Positions 34,326 to 43,451 of a DNA stretch of 64,000 nt are shown here, in pieces. Made by a program: the position numbers and the translations under genes. This stretch comes from an uncultured Candidatus Saccharibacteria bacterium (GTDB lineage: Bacteria; Patescibacteriota; Doudnabacteria; UBA920). The notes beneath the pieces were generated by a model. That model was not told the origin of the DNA. It did no database searches and was given only the letters and a program-made list of their open reading frames with translations. The DNA lies in NCBI GenBank assembly GCA_964436545.1, contig CAYTCJ010000002.1:110738-174737 (forward strand). The letters run 5' to 3'. How positions within the stretch are numbered: position 1 is the first letter of the stretch; each line of letters begins with the position of its first letter.

Positions 34326-34475
34326 CCACTTGTCATTCCGGACTTGATCCGGAATCTATTTTATGGACTCTGAAATAAATTCAGAGTGACAAAGGAGACT
34401 TAGTGGTTTACGATCTTAATGATCTCCCACAAATTAATTAATAAAATTTTAAACTAAAAAAATTTACAAACTCTT

Positions 34476-34850
34476 TTAGACTTCCTTTTTAGCCATACGC
34501 CAGTGGAAAAACCAAACCGGTGTAGCAACAATTAACATAGACAAAGCTGTTGGCAAATCTCTTAATTCATATCCGCCGTGATTAAAATCTGTTAATATTA
34601 AAGACTTTAACCCAAAATTCAATAAGATAATAGAACCAATCACCGCAATAACCAAAGCAACAAAAGAAACCAAATATAAATAAACTTTTTTCAAATTCAT
34701 AGGTAAGTTATTTTCTTTGGCTTCCTTGCTTGAGGCAAATAAGAAAACCAAACTAATTATTAACAATGGGATAAACCCAACTCCAAAAATAGAAAATATA
34801 ATCATATTTTTTAAACTTCCTTTTTGGCCAGACGCCAGTGACCCCACCAA
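34476..34850 (-). CDS. Small 2-TM membrane protein, paralog A (C-terminal PVWFFHWRMAKKEV)
   Basis: Two hydrophobic helices. The C-terminal motif is shared with the upstream paralog. The true start is probably internal (MNLKKVYLYLVS). Confidence 0.45.
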   Translation of the reverse strand: MVGSLASGQKGSLKNMIIFSIFGVGFIPLLIISLVFLFASSKEAKENNLPMNLKKVYLYLVSFVALVIAVIGSIILLNFGLKSLILTDFNHGGYELRDLPTALSMLIVATPVWFFHWRMAKKEV

Positions 34851-35200
34851 ACCGGACCGGCAACCAATAGCATAGCCAAGGCTTGCGAGGCATCGCGTTG
34901 TTTTTGAGCAGTCCGATTGTCTTCATTTTGCTTTTTTTGCAACGCTTCTTCTTCGGGAGAACACTTGGGCATTTCTCCGTTTGGCAAAGCTGGTTTAGAT
35001 GAATAACAGACTGACATATAATAATCTCTATCGGCTTTGGTAAACACCCAGGTTTTAAGGGCTAAATTTAAAAGCATAATCGCCCCCACTACCACAATAA
35101 TTAGCGAAATAACCGAAACCAAATAAAGATAGGCCTTTTTTAAACTCATAGAATTATTGAGCAAAATTGACAAAAACGACGAAAATGACAAAATTATCAC
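34811..35200 (-). CDS. Small 2-TM membrane protein, paralog B (C-terminal PVWWGHWRLAKKEV)
   Basis: Same architecture and motif as paralog A. The pair is inserted between rplK and rplA. Confidence 0.45.
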   Translation of the reverse strand: MIILSFSSFLSILLNNSMSLKKAYLYLVSVISLIIVVVGAIMLLNLALKTWVFTKADRDYYMSVCYSSKPALPNGEMPKCSPEEEALQKKQNEDNRTAQKQRDASQALAMLLVAGPVWWGHWRLAKKEV

Positions 35201-35247
35201 TGCATTTCATTTTTGTCATTCTTGTTCATTTTTTTGATTTTTGTCAT

Positions 35248-35670
35248 TTAATTAACTACCTCTACTCCCATACTTCTGGCGGTACCCGCCACAATTCTTT
35301 CCGCAGCCGAAATATCATTGGCGTTTAAATCAGGCATTTTCTTTTCGGCAATTTCCGTAATTTGCTTTTTGGTAATCTTGCCCACTTTATTGGCTAAAGG
35401 GTTAGCGCTCCCTTTGGGTATGCCAATAGCCTTCATAATTAAATTCGCCACTGGCGGAGTTTTTAAAATAAAACTAAAAGACCTGTCTTCGTAAATGGTC
35501 ATTTCCACCGGAGTAAGCATATCCCCGCCTTGAGTCTTATCGTTAAATTCCTTAACAAATTGTGCAATGTTCACACCGTGGGGCCCAAGGGCGGTACCCA
35601 CTGGTGGGGCTGGAGTTGCTTTACCGGCCGGAAGCTGTAATTTTAATACTGTCTTAATTTTCTTTGCCAT
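35248..35670 (-). CDS. rplK: Ribosomal protein L11
   Basis: [35 protein letters not shown] is the L11 signature. 140 aa. Confidence 0.9.
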   Translation of the reverse strand: MAKKIKTVLKLQLPAGKATPAPPVGTALGPHGVNIAQFVKEFNDKTQGGDMLTPVEMTIYEDRSFSFILKTPPVANLIMKAIGIPKGSANPLANKVGKITKKQITEIAEKKMPDLNANDISAAERIVAGTARSMGVEVVN

Positions 35671-35869
35671 AAATTTCCTTAAATTCGAAATTCTAAACCC
35701 GAAATTCGAAACAATACTAATAATTAAAATCTAAATTTCATAATTTTAGAAGCGAAATTATGAAATTAACTTACACTAATCACTAATTGGCACTAATACA
35801 CAGATTATCTTACTCAGTTGGGTGTTAAGAAAATCATCTGTGTATTGGTGGTATCTGTGTTCTGTGAAA
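35671..35869 (-). promoter_or_regulatory. rplK 5' leader region containing CACAGAT/ATCTGTG inverted heptamers and GAAATTCGAAA tandem units
   Basis: On the gene strand: CACAGAACACAGATACCACCAATACACAGAT...ATCTGTGTATTAGTGCCAATTAGTGATTAGTG...AATTTCGGGTTTAGAATTTCGAATTT. A possible L1/L11 autoregulatory leader. Function not established. Confidence 0.35.
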
Positions 35870-36415
35870 TTAAACTTTCTTTACTTGCAAAAAATCCAAT
35901 TCTACCGGAGTTTCTCTACCAAAAATGGTCACCATAACTTTTACCTTACCGTGAGTTTCATCCACTTCACCGATTTTACCTTCGTAATCTTTAAACGGAC
36001 CATCGGTAATTTTGACCAAATCTTCCACTTTAAATTCCACTTTAAACTTAGGTTCATCGGCGCCCATTCGCTTTTGCAAAAACTGCCATTCCTCGGTGGA
36101 AACCGGCGTGGGCACAGTCCCACTGCCCACAAAACCGGTAACATTGGGGGTATTCCGAACCACATACCAAGAGTCATCGGTTACTATCATATCTACCAAA
36201 ACATACCCTGGAAAAATTTTTTCTTCTACCGTGGTTCTTTTGCCTTCTTTAATTTTAATTTTCTTTTCTTTAGGCACTATGGCGTCAAAAATTTTATCTT
36301 GCATACCCATAGATTCAATTCTCTGCTTCACGTTTAAAGCCACGCTATCTTCGTAGCCTGAATAAGTATGCAAAACATACCACTGCCTTTGACCGGTAAC
36401 TTGTTGTCTGGACAT
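35870..36415 (-). CDS. nusG: Transcription antitermination factor NusG
   Basis: NGN domain (WYVLHTYSGYE) and C-terminal KOW (VKITDGPFKDYEGKIGEVD). 181 aa. Confidence 0.85.
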   Translation of the reverse strand: MSRQQVTGQRQWYVLHTYSGYEDSVALNVKQRIESMGMQDKIFDAIVPKEKKIKIKEGKRTTVEEKIFPGYVLVDMIVTDDSWYVVRNTPNVTGFVGSGTVPTPVSTEEWQFLQKRMGADEPKFKVEFKVEDLVKITDGPFKDYEGKIGEVDETHGKVKVMVTIFGRETPVELDFLQVKKV

Positions 36416-36424
36416 AAAATAAAA

Positions 36425-36607
36425 TTATTTGGTTACTACCTTTTCAAAAAAAGTTAAAATGCCTAAATCGGCCAAACCTAGCAATAAAGATACCACAACG
36501 CTAAAAATTATTACGGTTAAAGTATACCGTAAGGTTTCTTGTTTGGTAGGCCAAACCACTTTGGAGAGTTCGGTTTTAACCTCAACTAAAAAATTGAAAA
36601 TATTCAT
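36425..36607 (-). CDS. secE: Preprotein translocase subunit SecE
   Basis: 60 aa with a single TM. The KVVWPTKQET motif is typical of SecE. Sits in the canonical secE-nusG-rplK order. Confidence 0.75.
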   Translation of the reverse strand: MNIFNFLVEVKTELSKVVWPTKQETLRYTLTVIIFSVVVSLLLGLADLGILTFFEKVVTK

Positions 36608-36766
36608 ACTTTTTTAAAAGGCCTTCTTTTGGGCCTTTATACCCCATATAATAATGGATTTATTAATGTTTGTCAATATTGTCAGCTATACCCATTTAGA
36701 ATCCCCGTACCCAAGCGGAAAAACTACAGCCCTAGTCATGGGAAGTTAAATATACCGTCCCCAATC

Positions 36767-37147
36767 TTACTCTAACAACTTTTTTACTTTGCTAAAAACT
36801 TCTTCCATATCGGTTTGAGCTTTAACAAAATACTCGTCAATTTTTAAACTTTTTACCCTTAAAATATCTTTATCTGTCCATAAATTACTTAGCACCATTA
36901 CCCGAGTATTGGCAATTTCCGCATCGGGATATTCTCGAATTTTCTGTAACACTGTAAAACCATCCACTTTCGGAATCAGTAAATCCAACAAAACCAAATT
37001 AGGCTTTTTGTCTAAAATTAAATCTATGGCTTCCTGACCGTCTTCAGCCTGGTACACATCGTACCCTAAAGTCTTTAGCTTGTCCGACATAACTTTACGC
37101 AATAAGCCGTCATCTTCCACCACAATAATTTTTTTGGGATTCGTCAT
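36767..37147 (-). CDS. Stand-alone response-regulator receiver domain (CheY-like)
   Basis: KKIIVVEDD ... LLDLLIPKVDGF ... K: phospho-acceptor Asp and conserved Lys are present. 126 aa, no output domain. Confidence 0.75.
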   Translation of the reverse strand: MTNPKKIIVVEDDGLLRKVMSDKLKTLGYDVYQAEDGQEAIDLILDKKPNLVLLDLLIPKVDGFTVLQKIREYPDAEIANTRVMVLSNLWTDKDILRVKSLKIDEYFVKAQTDMEEVFSKVKKLLE

Positions 37148-37161
37148 AATATAATTATACC

Positions 37162-38091
37162 CTATAAACCTTGAATTTCAAAATTGGCGGTTAATACTCC
37201 GCTTTTTCCAATTCTTACCGGCATCGCTCCAATCAAATTACCCTTATCCACATCAAAAGCTTGTAAAAGATACTTCCCCGGATTGGCCCGCAAAAAATAT
37301 TTTCCTTCTTCCTGAGTTACCGCCATGCCAAAACGAATGTTCGGAAAGGTCGGACGGGTTAACAACAAACTAATCCGAGATATGGGTAAAGAAGTTTTAG
37401 CCTGAACCACTCTGCCCCAAAGTCGACTTTCCGGAACTAAACTGGCCCCCACAAATACCAACATATAAACTAAAGCCCAAGGAATAACCCACCAGGAATT
37501 AAACTGATGTTTATAAGCATAAATGACTAACCCTAACAAACCTAACCAAAAAATCATGGAGACTATAAAATTCAACAACCATTGTTTGTAATAAGGCTTT
37601 TTTATGATTTTTTGTTTCGCAATTTGATTCCAATCTTCTTTGACAGGATCCATGGGAATATTGGGAGCGATTACATCCGATTCACCTTTAATTTCAAAAA
37701 ATTCGCCCCGATAAATATTGTAATAAATTAAATCATTGCTACGATTCACAATTTTCGATGGAAAAGCATAGTTGCTTTTTTGAGGAAAAATCTTAAACTT
37801 TCCAGGTCTGGCTAGAAAACCATATCTCCCTCCCAAATCTGTTATGCACTCGCCTTCCACCTTACCGGTATCTTCGTAAACCAAAATTACCTTCACCGGA
37901 TCCAAAGGTTGTTTGGAAATACTATCGTAAATTATTCCCCAAAATTCTTTGGGTCTTTTTAATTGGATAAAAACCAAAAACCGATTAAACAGACTAATAA
38001 ACTTTAATACCAAATTACTCAACACCGGCTTAGTAAAAATGATTTTTTTCTCAATTTTCATAAATTTTTGTTTGCGCCACTTGTAATACAT
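37162..38091 (-). CDS. Membrane protein with carboxypeptidase-regulatory-like (prealbumin-fold) domains flanking two TM helices
   Basis: GKVEGECITDLGGRYGF and GKYLLQAFDVDKGNLIGAMPV resemble CarboxypepD_reg-like beta-sandwich repeats. There is a central double TM. The listed start overlaps the folD stop, so the true start is probably MKIEKK. Confidence 0.45.
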   Translation of the reverse strand: MYYKWRKQKFMKIEKKIIFTKPVLSNLVLKFISLFNRFLVFIQLKRPKEFWGIIYDSISKQPLDPVKVILVYEDTGKVEGECITDLGGRYGFLARPGKFKIFPQKSNYAFPSKIVNRSNDLIYYNIYRGEFFEIKGESDVIAPNIPMDPVKEDWNQIAKQKIIKKPYYKQWLLNFIVSMIFWLGLLGLVIYAYKHQFNSWWVIPWALVYMLVFVGASLVPESRLWGRVVQAKTSLPISRISLLLTRPTFPNIRFGMAVTQEEGKYFLRANPGKYLLQAFDVDKGNLIGAMPVRIGKSGVLTANFEIQGL

Positions 38092-38887
38092 TACCTAATA
38101 ATTTGGCCACCGTAACCGGACCCACTCCCCCCGGTACCGGTGAAACAGCTTTGGCAATTTTAACCACTTCCGCGAAATTTACATCGCCCACTATGGTACC
38201 ATAATCCTCGGAAGTTCCGGCATCAATAATTATGGCATTCGGCTTAATGGCTTCCGCGGTAATTAAGTTGGGTTTACCTACCGCGGAAATTATCACCTCG
38301 GCTTGTTTTAATAATTCCGCAGTATTTGTGGTTTCCCGATTAGCCGTATTTACCCTTATACCTTGTCGGTTTAATAAATAAGTTAAAGGTTTTCCAACTA
38401 ATTTACCTTGACCCAAAACCAACACATTACAACTTTTCAAATCGACTTTTAATGTTTGTAAAATTTCCAAAATCGCTCCGGCTGTGGGTGGAATCATGCT
38501 TATATCTCCGGCGTAAAACCGATTGATGCGTTGCTTACTTAAACCTTCCACATCTACATTATAACTCACTTCGTCTAAAACCTGCTGAGTATCAATATGC
38601 GCCGGCAAAGGTAATTGTAAAATCAAACCGCATAAATTCTTGGTGGTGTTTAAGTTTCGGATGGCTTGCATTAAAGCTTCGGTTGTGATGGTCGAGGGGA
38701 AATCGGCTCTTAAAAATTTCATCCCGCACTCTTCGGCTTTCTTGGCTTTCATTTCCACATATTGTCTGGAGGCCAAATCTTCTCCCACTAACACATCACA
38801 AAAAACCGGCTGGAAACTTAAACCCGCCACGGCTTGTTTAATTTCGGCTAACAATTTATTCGCAATAATTTTTCCATCAATTATCAT
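38051..38887 (-). CDS. folD: Bifunctional methylenetetrahydrofolate dehydrogenase/cyclohydrolase
   Basis: FolD signatures: GKPNLIT, PVPGGVGPVTVAKLLGN, NADP-binding GxGxxVG. 278 aa. Confidence 0.85.
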   Translation of the reverse strand: MIIDGKIIANKLLAEIKQAVAGLSFQPVFCDVLVGEDLASRQYVEMKAKKAEECGMKFLRADFPSTITTEALMQAIRNLNTTKNLCGLILQLPLPAHIDTQQVLDEVSYNVDVEGLSKQRINRFYAGDISMIPPTAGAILEILQTLKVDLKSCNVLVLGQGKLVGKPLTYLLNRQGIRVNTANRETTNTAELLKQAEVIISAVGKPNLITAEAIKPNAIIIDAGTSEDYGTIVGDVNFAEVVKIAKAVSPVPGGVGPVTVAKLLGNVLQVAQTKIYEN

Positions 38888-38926
38888 TAAAATACTACTT
38901 TATCCGCTTAATATTTTTTAGATGAT

Positions 38927-40876
38927 TTATCGATTTTTTGCCCACCAATTCAAAACCTCTTTAACAATGGGCACGGAAACACTGGAACCTTCCCCCCCGG
39001 CTTCCACTAACACCGTAATGGCAATTTGCGGATCTTCATACGGGGCATAGGCTGTAAACCAAGCATGAGTTTTTTTAGGATCACTGCCGTCAAATTGTGA
39101 TGTTCCGGTCTTGCCCGCAGAAGTAATGGGTAAAGTATTCAATAACCTACCCGATCCGCTGAGTACAGTTTCCCGCATACCTTCCTGAACCAGCTTAAGA
39201 TGTTTATAGTCCACAAATTTAGAAATTTTTACTTTGGGGGTTTGTTCAAAAATTATTTGTTGTTGCTCCTCATCTATTATACTCTTTAATACCTGTGGTT
39301 GCATACCCACCCCTCGATTAGCTATCGTGGCAGTCCATAGCAAAACTTGAAGTGGCGTGGTTAATAAATCACCCTGACCAATCCCCACATGGTAGGTATC
39401 ACCCAAATACCATTTACTTAAAATGGGGTCATGTTTAAAATATTCCGCTTTCCATTGCACATCAGGCACCAAACCCGGTTTTTCACCGGGCAAATCCACG
39501 CCTGTCATTTGACCTAAACCGAATTTTCTATAATAAGCCGACAATTTATCTATCCCAAGTCCGGGCAAATTAGCTTTAGGATAACCCCCGGCAACAATAT
39601 AAAAAAAGATATCGGAACTTTTAGCAATGGCCAATTTTACATCCACCATACCCAACCCGTCTCGTTTCCAACCATAAAAATTATAATTAATCATAGGATT
39701 GTATTGATTGGGAATCACCAACACGCCATTATCTTTGTACTCGGTCTTTTCTGAAATTACCCCTTCTTCCAAAGCCATTAAAGCCACCATTGGCTTAACC
39801 GTGGAACCCGGCGGATAAGTGCCTTGAATTACCCGATTAAACAAAGGCAGCCTTTTGTCGGCAAGAATATTTTGATATTCGGTTTGCGTCAAACCCTTGG
39901 CAAACCTAGAGCCATCCAGACCCGGAAGACTCAATAAACTCAAGACTTCTCCGGTTTCTGGTTTCATGGCCACCACTGCCACTTTCCCGCTGGGCAGAAG
40001 ACGTTTAACAATCTTATAAATTTCTTCTTGGAGTTGTTTGTCAATATTTAAATTTAATGTCAGTCCGCCCCGAGGCTCTTTAGTGCCTAATTTGGAAAGC
40101 AAATTACCCTTGGCGTCAACTTCAATTTGCGTATAACCGTTTTCACCTTTTAAATATTTTTCATAATTTTGCTCGATTCCCGATTTTCCAATAAAATCCA
40201 AATTGTCATACCCTTCGGCCTTCAAACCCTTTAATTCCTGAGCATTAATAAACCCGGGGTAGCCCAATAAATGAAAATACACTTCCGGAAAATCGTATTC
40301 GCGCACCGGAATTTTTTGTAAAGAAAAACCTACAAATTGACTGGATTGAGTATCAAACAGGATACTTTCCTGCTCAGAGATATTCTGGGCAATTAATATG
40401 GGGTCTAAGGAACTTTGTCCCGCGGAAATAATTTTATTTTGCGCCACCTTAACCTCAAATTTCACAATTTTTGATAAGGCTTCCAAATAAGGTAACAAAT
40501 CGTTTTTGGGCAAATCAAAAGGCACGGCAACTAAATTAAAGCTGGCGGTATTTTTGGCTAAAACTTTGCCAAACCGGTCTTTAATGATGCCTCGGGGCGC
40601 CAAAATAACTTGTCGTCTAAGACGATTTTGATCGGCAAAATTATTATAATAGTGTCCTTTTAAAACTTGTAAATAAAATAACCTGAACGTCACTCCTAAA
40701 AACACTGCGAATAAAGCCAAGGTTAAATAAAAAAAGTGATTTTTTACCGTTCTTTCCGAAAAACCTTCTACCGAACTTAAGCCATCAATAGCTGATTCTT
40801 CCCAATCTAAAGGCTTTAAGAGCCTCGACTGTCTCCTGTCATCAGAAAAATCTAAATTAAACGGATTTCTTTTCAT
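38927..40876 (-). CDS. mrdA: Penicillin-binding protein 2 (elongasome transpeptidase)
   Basis: N-terminal TM plus dimerisation domain. Transpeptidase motifs STVKP (SxxK), SSD(SxN)-like, KTGT. Immediately downstream of mreBCD. Confidence 0.85.
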   Translation of the reverse strand: MKRNPFNLDFSDDRRQSRLLKPLDWEESAIDGLSSVEGFSERTVKNHFFYLTLALFAVFLGVTFRLFYLQVLKGHYYNNFADQNRLRRQVILAPRGIIKDRFGKVLAKNTASFNLVAVPFDLPKNDLLPYLEALSKIVKFEVKVAQNKIISAGQSSLDPILIAQNISEQESILFDTQSSQFVGFSLQKIPVREYDFPEVYFHLLGYPGFINAQELKGLKAEGYDNLDFIGKSGIEQNYEKYLKGENGYTQIEVDAKGNLLSKLGTKEPRGGLTLNLNIDKQLQEEIYKIVKRLLPSGKVAVVAMKPETGEVLSLLSLPGLDGSRFAKGLTQTEYQNILADKRLPLFNRVIQGTYPPGSTVKPMVALMALEEGVISEKTEYKDNGVLVIPNQYNPMINYNFYGWKRDGLGMVDVKLAIAKSSDIFFYIVAGGYPKANLPGLGIDKLSAYYRKFGLGQMTGVDLPGEKPGLVPDVQWKAEYFKHDPILSKWYLGDTYHVGIGQGDLLTTPLQVLLWTATIANRGVGMQPQVLKSIIDEEQQQIIFEQTPKVKISKFVDYKHLKLVQEGMRETVLSGSGRLLNTLPITSAGKTGTSQFDGSDPKKTHAWFTAYAPYEDPQIAITVLVEAGGEGSSVSVPIVKEVLNWWAKNR

Positions 40877-40880
40877 ACCT

Positions 40881-41411
40881 TTAGCTTATGGCTTGAATAT
40901 CCAACTTTTTAACCACCCAAGTCACTTTTTGCCACAAAAAATACATGGGTATGGAGAATAATAAATAGACCAGTACTCCAATTAACTGATACACCAAAAT
41001 ATAAACTAAGCCCAAATTATTATGATATATCCCGTTATTAAAATTAAAGAGCATGCCACACACCCACAAAAGTCCCTCACTTAAAACATAAGAAAAGCAC
41101 AATAAAAGAATAGAAACTTTAATATTGATTTCGTAGACTAAAAAATTTCTTACTACCCAATTTACTATCCACACCACCAATAAAAAACTGAAACTAAAAC
41201 TCCCAAAACTTTGGGGACTATAAATATCCAAAATCAATCCGGAAGCCATGGCAAAAAATAAAAAATCATAATGCCTTTTTTCCATTGCCGACAAGGTACA
41301 CAGAATTAACAACAAATTAACATGAAAAAACGCTTCCGCAAATAATCCCGTTATTTCTAAGTTGACAGCCAAAGTAAATAAAATTAATCCGGTATATAAA
41401 AAATATTTCAT
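40881..41411 (-). CDS. mreD: Rod shape-determining protein MreD (candidate)
   Basis: 176-aa polytopic membrane protein in the mreB-mreC-X-mrdA position. Confidence 0.55.
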   Translation of the reverse strand: MKYFLYTGLILFTLAVNLEITGLFAEAFFHVNLLLILCTLSAMEKRHYDFLFFAMASGLILDIYSPQSFGSFSFSFLLVVWIVNWVVRNFLVYEINIKVSILLLCFSYVLSEGLLWVCGMLFNFNNGIYHNNLGLVYILVYQLIGVLVYLLFSIPMYFLWQKVTWVVKKLDIQAIS

Positions 41412-41415
41412 ACGC

Positions 41416-42213
41416 TTACTTCACCACAAACACAAAATTTAAAGCTCCAAAATCCACCGGACTGATTAAAGTGGCTTTTTTAAATAATTCATTTTGTCCG
41501 GTAATTACCTCCCCCACTTCCCCAATGGCTAAATTTTTTGGAATTTTTTCATTTACTCCGGCGGTGATAATTAATTGACCTTTGCTCAGTTCCTCTTGCT
41601 GAGAAATTTGGTCAATTATCAATCCGGAGTTAAAAGAACCCCTAACTACTCCCAAATGACCGGTTTGACTCACCTTGGCATCGGTGGAAAAATTAGTGTT
41701 GGTAATTAATTGTACTGCGGAAAAACCCTCGTTGACATAGGTAATTCTACCCACTAAAAAACCCAACGCCGACACAGCTAAACCCGCCTCGGCTCCCTCT
41801 TGGGTGCCACAATCAATCACTACCGAATCAATTATGCCGGTAGGGTTTTTACCAATTACCGAGCATGGAATCAGTTCGTGCTTTTCAGTCTTTACAAACT
41901 TCAATTCTTTTTTTAGTTGTTCATTCTCCAGTTTTAGCTGATCAAAATTCACTTGCTGATTTTGCAGGGTATAAATTTTCTGTTTTAAAGTCTGATTTTC
42001 TTTGACAATTTGCCTTAAGTCATAAATGGTGTAAAAAAACTTTTTGACAGGACTTACGGTTTTGTTTACGACAAAATTTATGGGTCTGGGAATGTAAATA
42101 ATCGCCCGTTCTAGAATCCCCAGCCAGCCATAATAATGAGAAACGGTCATTATGGCGACCACGCATAAACTAATAAAAAAAATTGCGAAACCTTTTGAAT
42201 AAATAAACCTCAT
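41416..42213 (-). CDS. mreC: Rod shape-determining protein MreC
   Basis: N-terminal TM, coiled coil (LKLENEQLKKELKF), C-terminal beta-rich domain. 265 aa. Confidence 0.75.
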   Translation of the reverse strand: MRFIYSKGFAIFFISLCVVAIMTVSHYYGWLGILERAIIYIPRPINFVVNKTVSPVKKFFYTIYDLRQIVKENQTLKQKIYTLQNQQVNFDQLKLENEQLKKELKFVKTEKHELIPCSVIGKNPTGIIDSVVIDCGTQEGAEAGLAVSALGFLVGRITYVNEGFSAVQLITNTNFSTDAKVSQTGHLGVVRGSFNSGLIIDQISQQEELSKGQLIITAGVNEKIPKNLAIGEVGEVITGQNELFKKATLISPVDFGALNFVFVVK

Positions 42214-42272
42214 AGACTTATTCGCTAAGGACTGAGAGCTTCAATCAAGATGAGACAAAAGTCCTACCTCTA

Positions 42273-43334
42273 TTAATTTTGACGAGGAATCCGGCCAAAA
42301 TCCAACGGAATCAAAATATCCTTTAAATTTTCCAAGTCTTCCACCACCACCCCTGCGCCTCTGGCCACGGAAGTTAAAGGATCTTCGGCAATAATTACCG
42401 GCATGGCTGTGGCTTCAGAAACTAAAGTATCTATACCTCTTAGCAAACTCCCCCCACCGGCAAAAACAATTCCCCGTTTTAACACGTCAGAGGTTAATTC
42501 CGGTGGAATTTCTTCCACTACCGCTTTCACTCCATTAACAATGGCCCTTAAGGCCGGTAAAAGCGCATTGCGAATATCAGTATCGGAAACCGTAATTTCT
42601 TTCGGCAAGCCGGTTAATAAATCTCTGCCTCGAATTTGTGTATACAGTGGCTCCTTAAGCCCATAAGCTGAACCAATTTGAATTTTAGCTTCTTCGGCAC
42701 TTCTTTCTCCAATCAGTAAATTAAAATTTTCTCTCACATACTGCATAATATTCTCGTTCATTTCATCGCCTGCCACGCGCAAAGATTTAGACAAAACAAT
42801 GCCCCCTAAAGAAATTAAGGCGATTTCCGTAGTACCACCCCCAATATCTACCACCATAGAGCCGGTTGGATCTTGCACGGGCAAACGCGCTCCAATGGCT
42901 GCCGCCATAGGTTCCTCAATTAAAAACGCCTTGGTGGCGCCGGCATTAATTGCCGCGTCCACCACAGCTCGTTTTTCCACTTCGGTTACTCCGGAAGGGA
43001 TTCCAATCACCACTCTCGGTCTGCGCAAAAAACTTAAAGTCTGACTGTGAACTTTATCTATAAAATACCGAAGCATCGCTTCGGTTACCTCAAAATCGGA
43101 AATCACGCCATCTACCAACGGCCTCGTGGCCACAATATGCTGAGGCGTTCTGCCCACCATTTTTTTTGCCTCCACCCCAATCGCCAAAATTTGCTTGGTC
43201 CGCTGATTAATAGCCACCACGCTGGGCTCATTAATAACAATCCCTTTACCTTTCACATATACTAAAGTATTGGCCGTGCCCAAATCGATCCCAATATCTT
43301 TGCTGAATTTTTGATAGATTTTATCAAATAGCAT
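42273..43334 (-). CDS. mreB: Rod shape-determining protein MreB (actin homolog)
   Basis: DIGIDLGTANTLVYV phosphate-1, DIGGGTTEIA phosphate-2, adenosine motif GIVFAGGGSLL. 353 aa. Confidence 0.9.
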   Translation of the reverse strand: MLFDKIYQKFSKDIGIDLGTANTLVYVKGKGIVINEPSVVAINQRTKQILAIGVEAKKMVGRTPQHIVATRPLVDGVISDFEVTEAMLRYFIDKVHSQTLSFLRRPRVVIGIPSGVTEVEKRAVVDAAINAGATKAFLIEEPMAAAIGARLPVQDPTGSMVVDIGGGTTEIALISLGGIVLSKSLRVAGDEMNENIMQYVRENFNLLIGERSAEEAKIQIGSAYGLKEPLYTQIRGRDLLTGLPKEITVSDTDIRNALLPALRAIVNGVKAVVEEIPPELTSDVLKRGIVFAGGGSLLRGIDTLVSEATAMPVIIAEDPLTSVARGAGVVVEDLENLKDILIPLDFGRIPRQN

Positions 43335-43451
43335 TTAAGAAAAATTAAAATGTAAAACTCAAAGTATAAACTGACAAATAAAAATTCAAAATGATTATTG
43401 CAATTTTTACTTTTGCAGTGTCATTTTGATTTTTGATTTTTAAATTTTGAT

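Noticed and set aside
36608-36766. Looked for the tRNA-Trp commonly found upstream of secE, and for tRNAs in all intergenic gaps
   Set aside because: No T-arm/acceptor pattern (GGTTCGAATCC-like) or cloverleaf was found here or in the other gaps. It contains only an AAAGGCC-ttctttt-GGCCTTT hairpin. I cannot exclude divergent tRNAs without running tRNAscan-SE.
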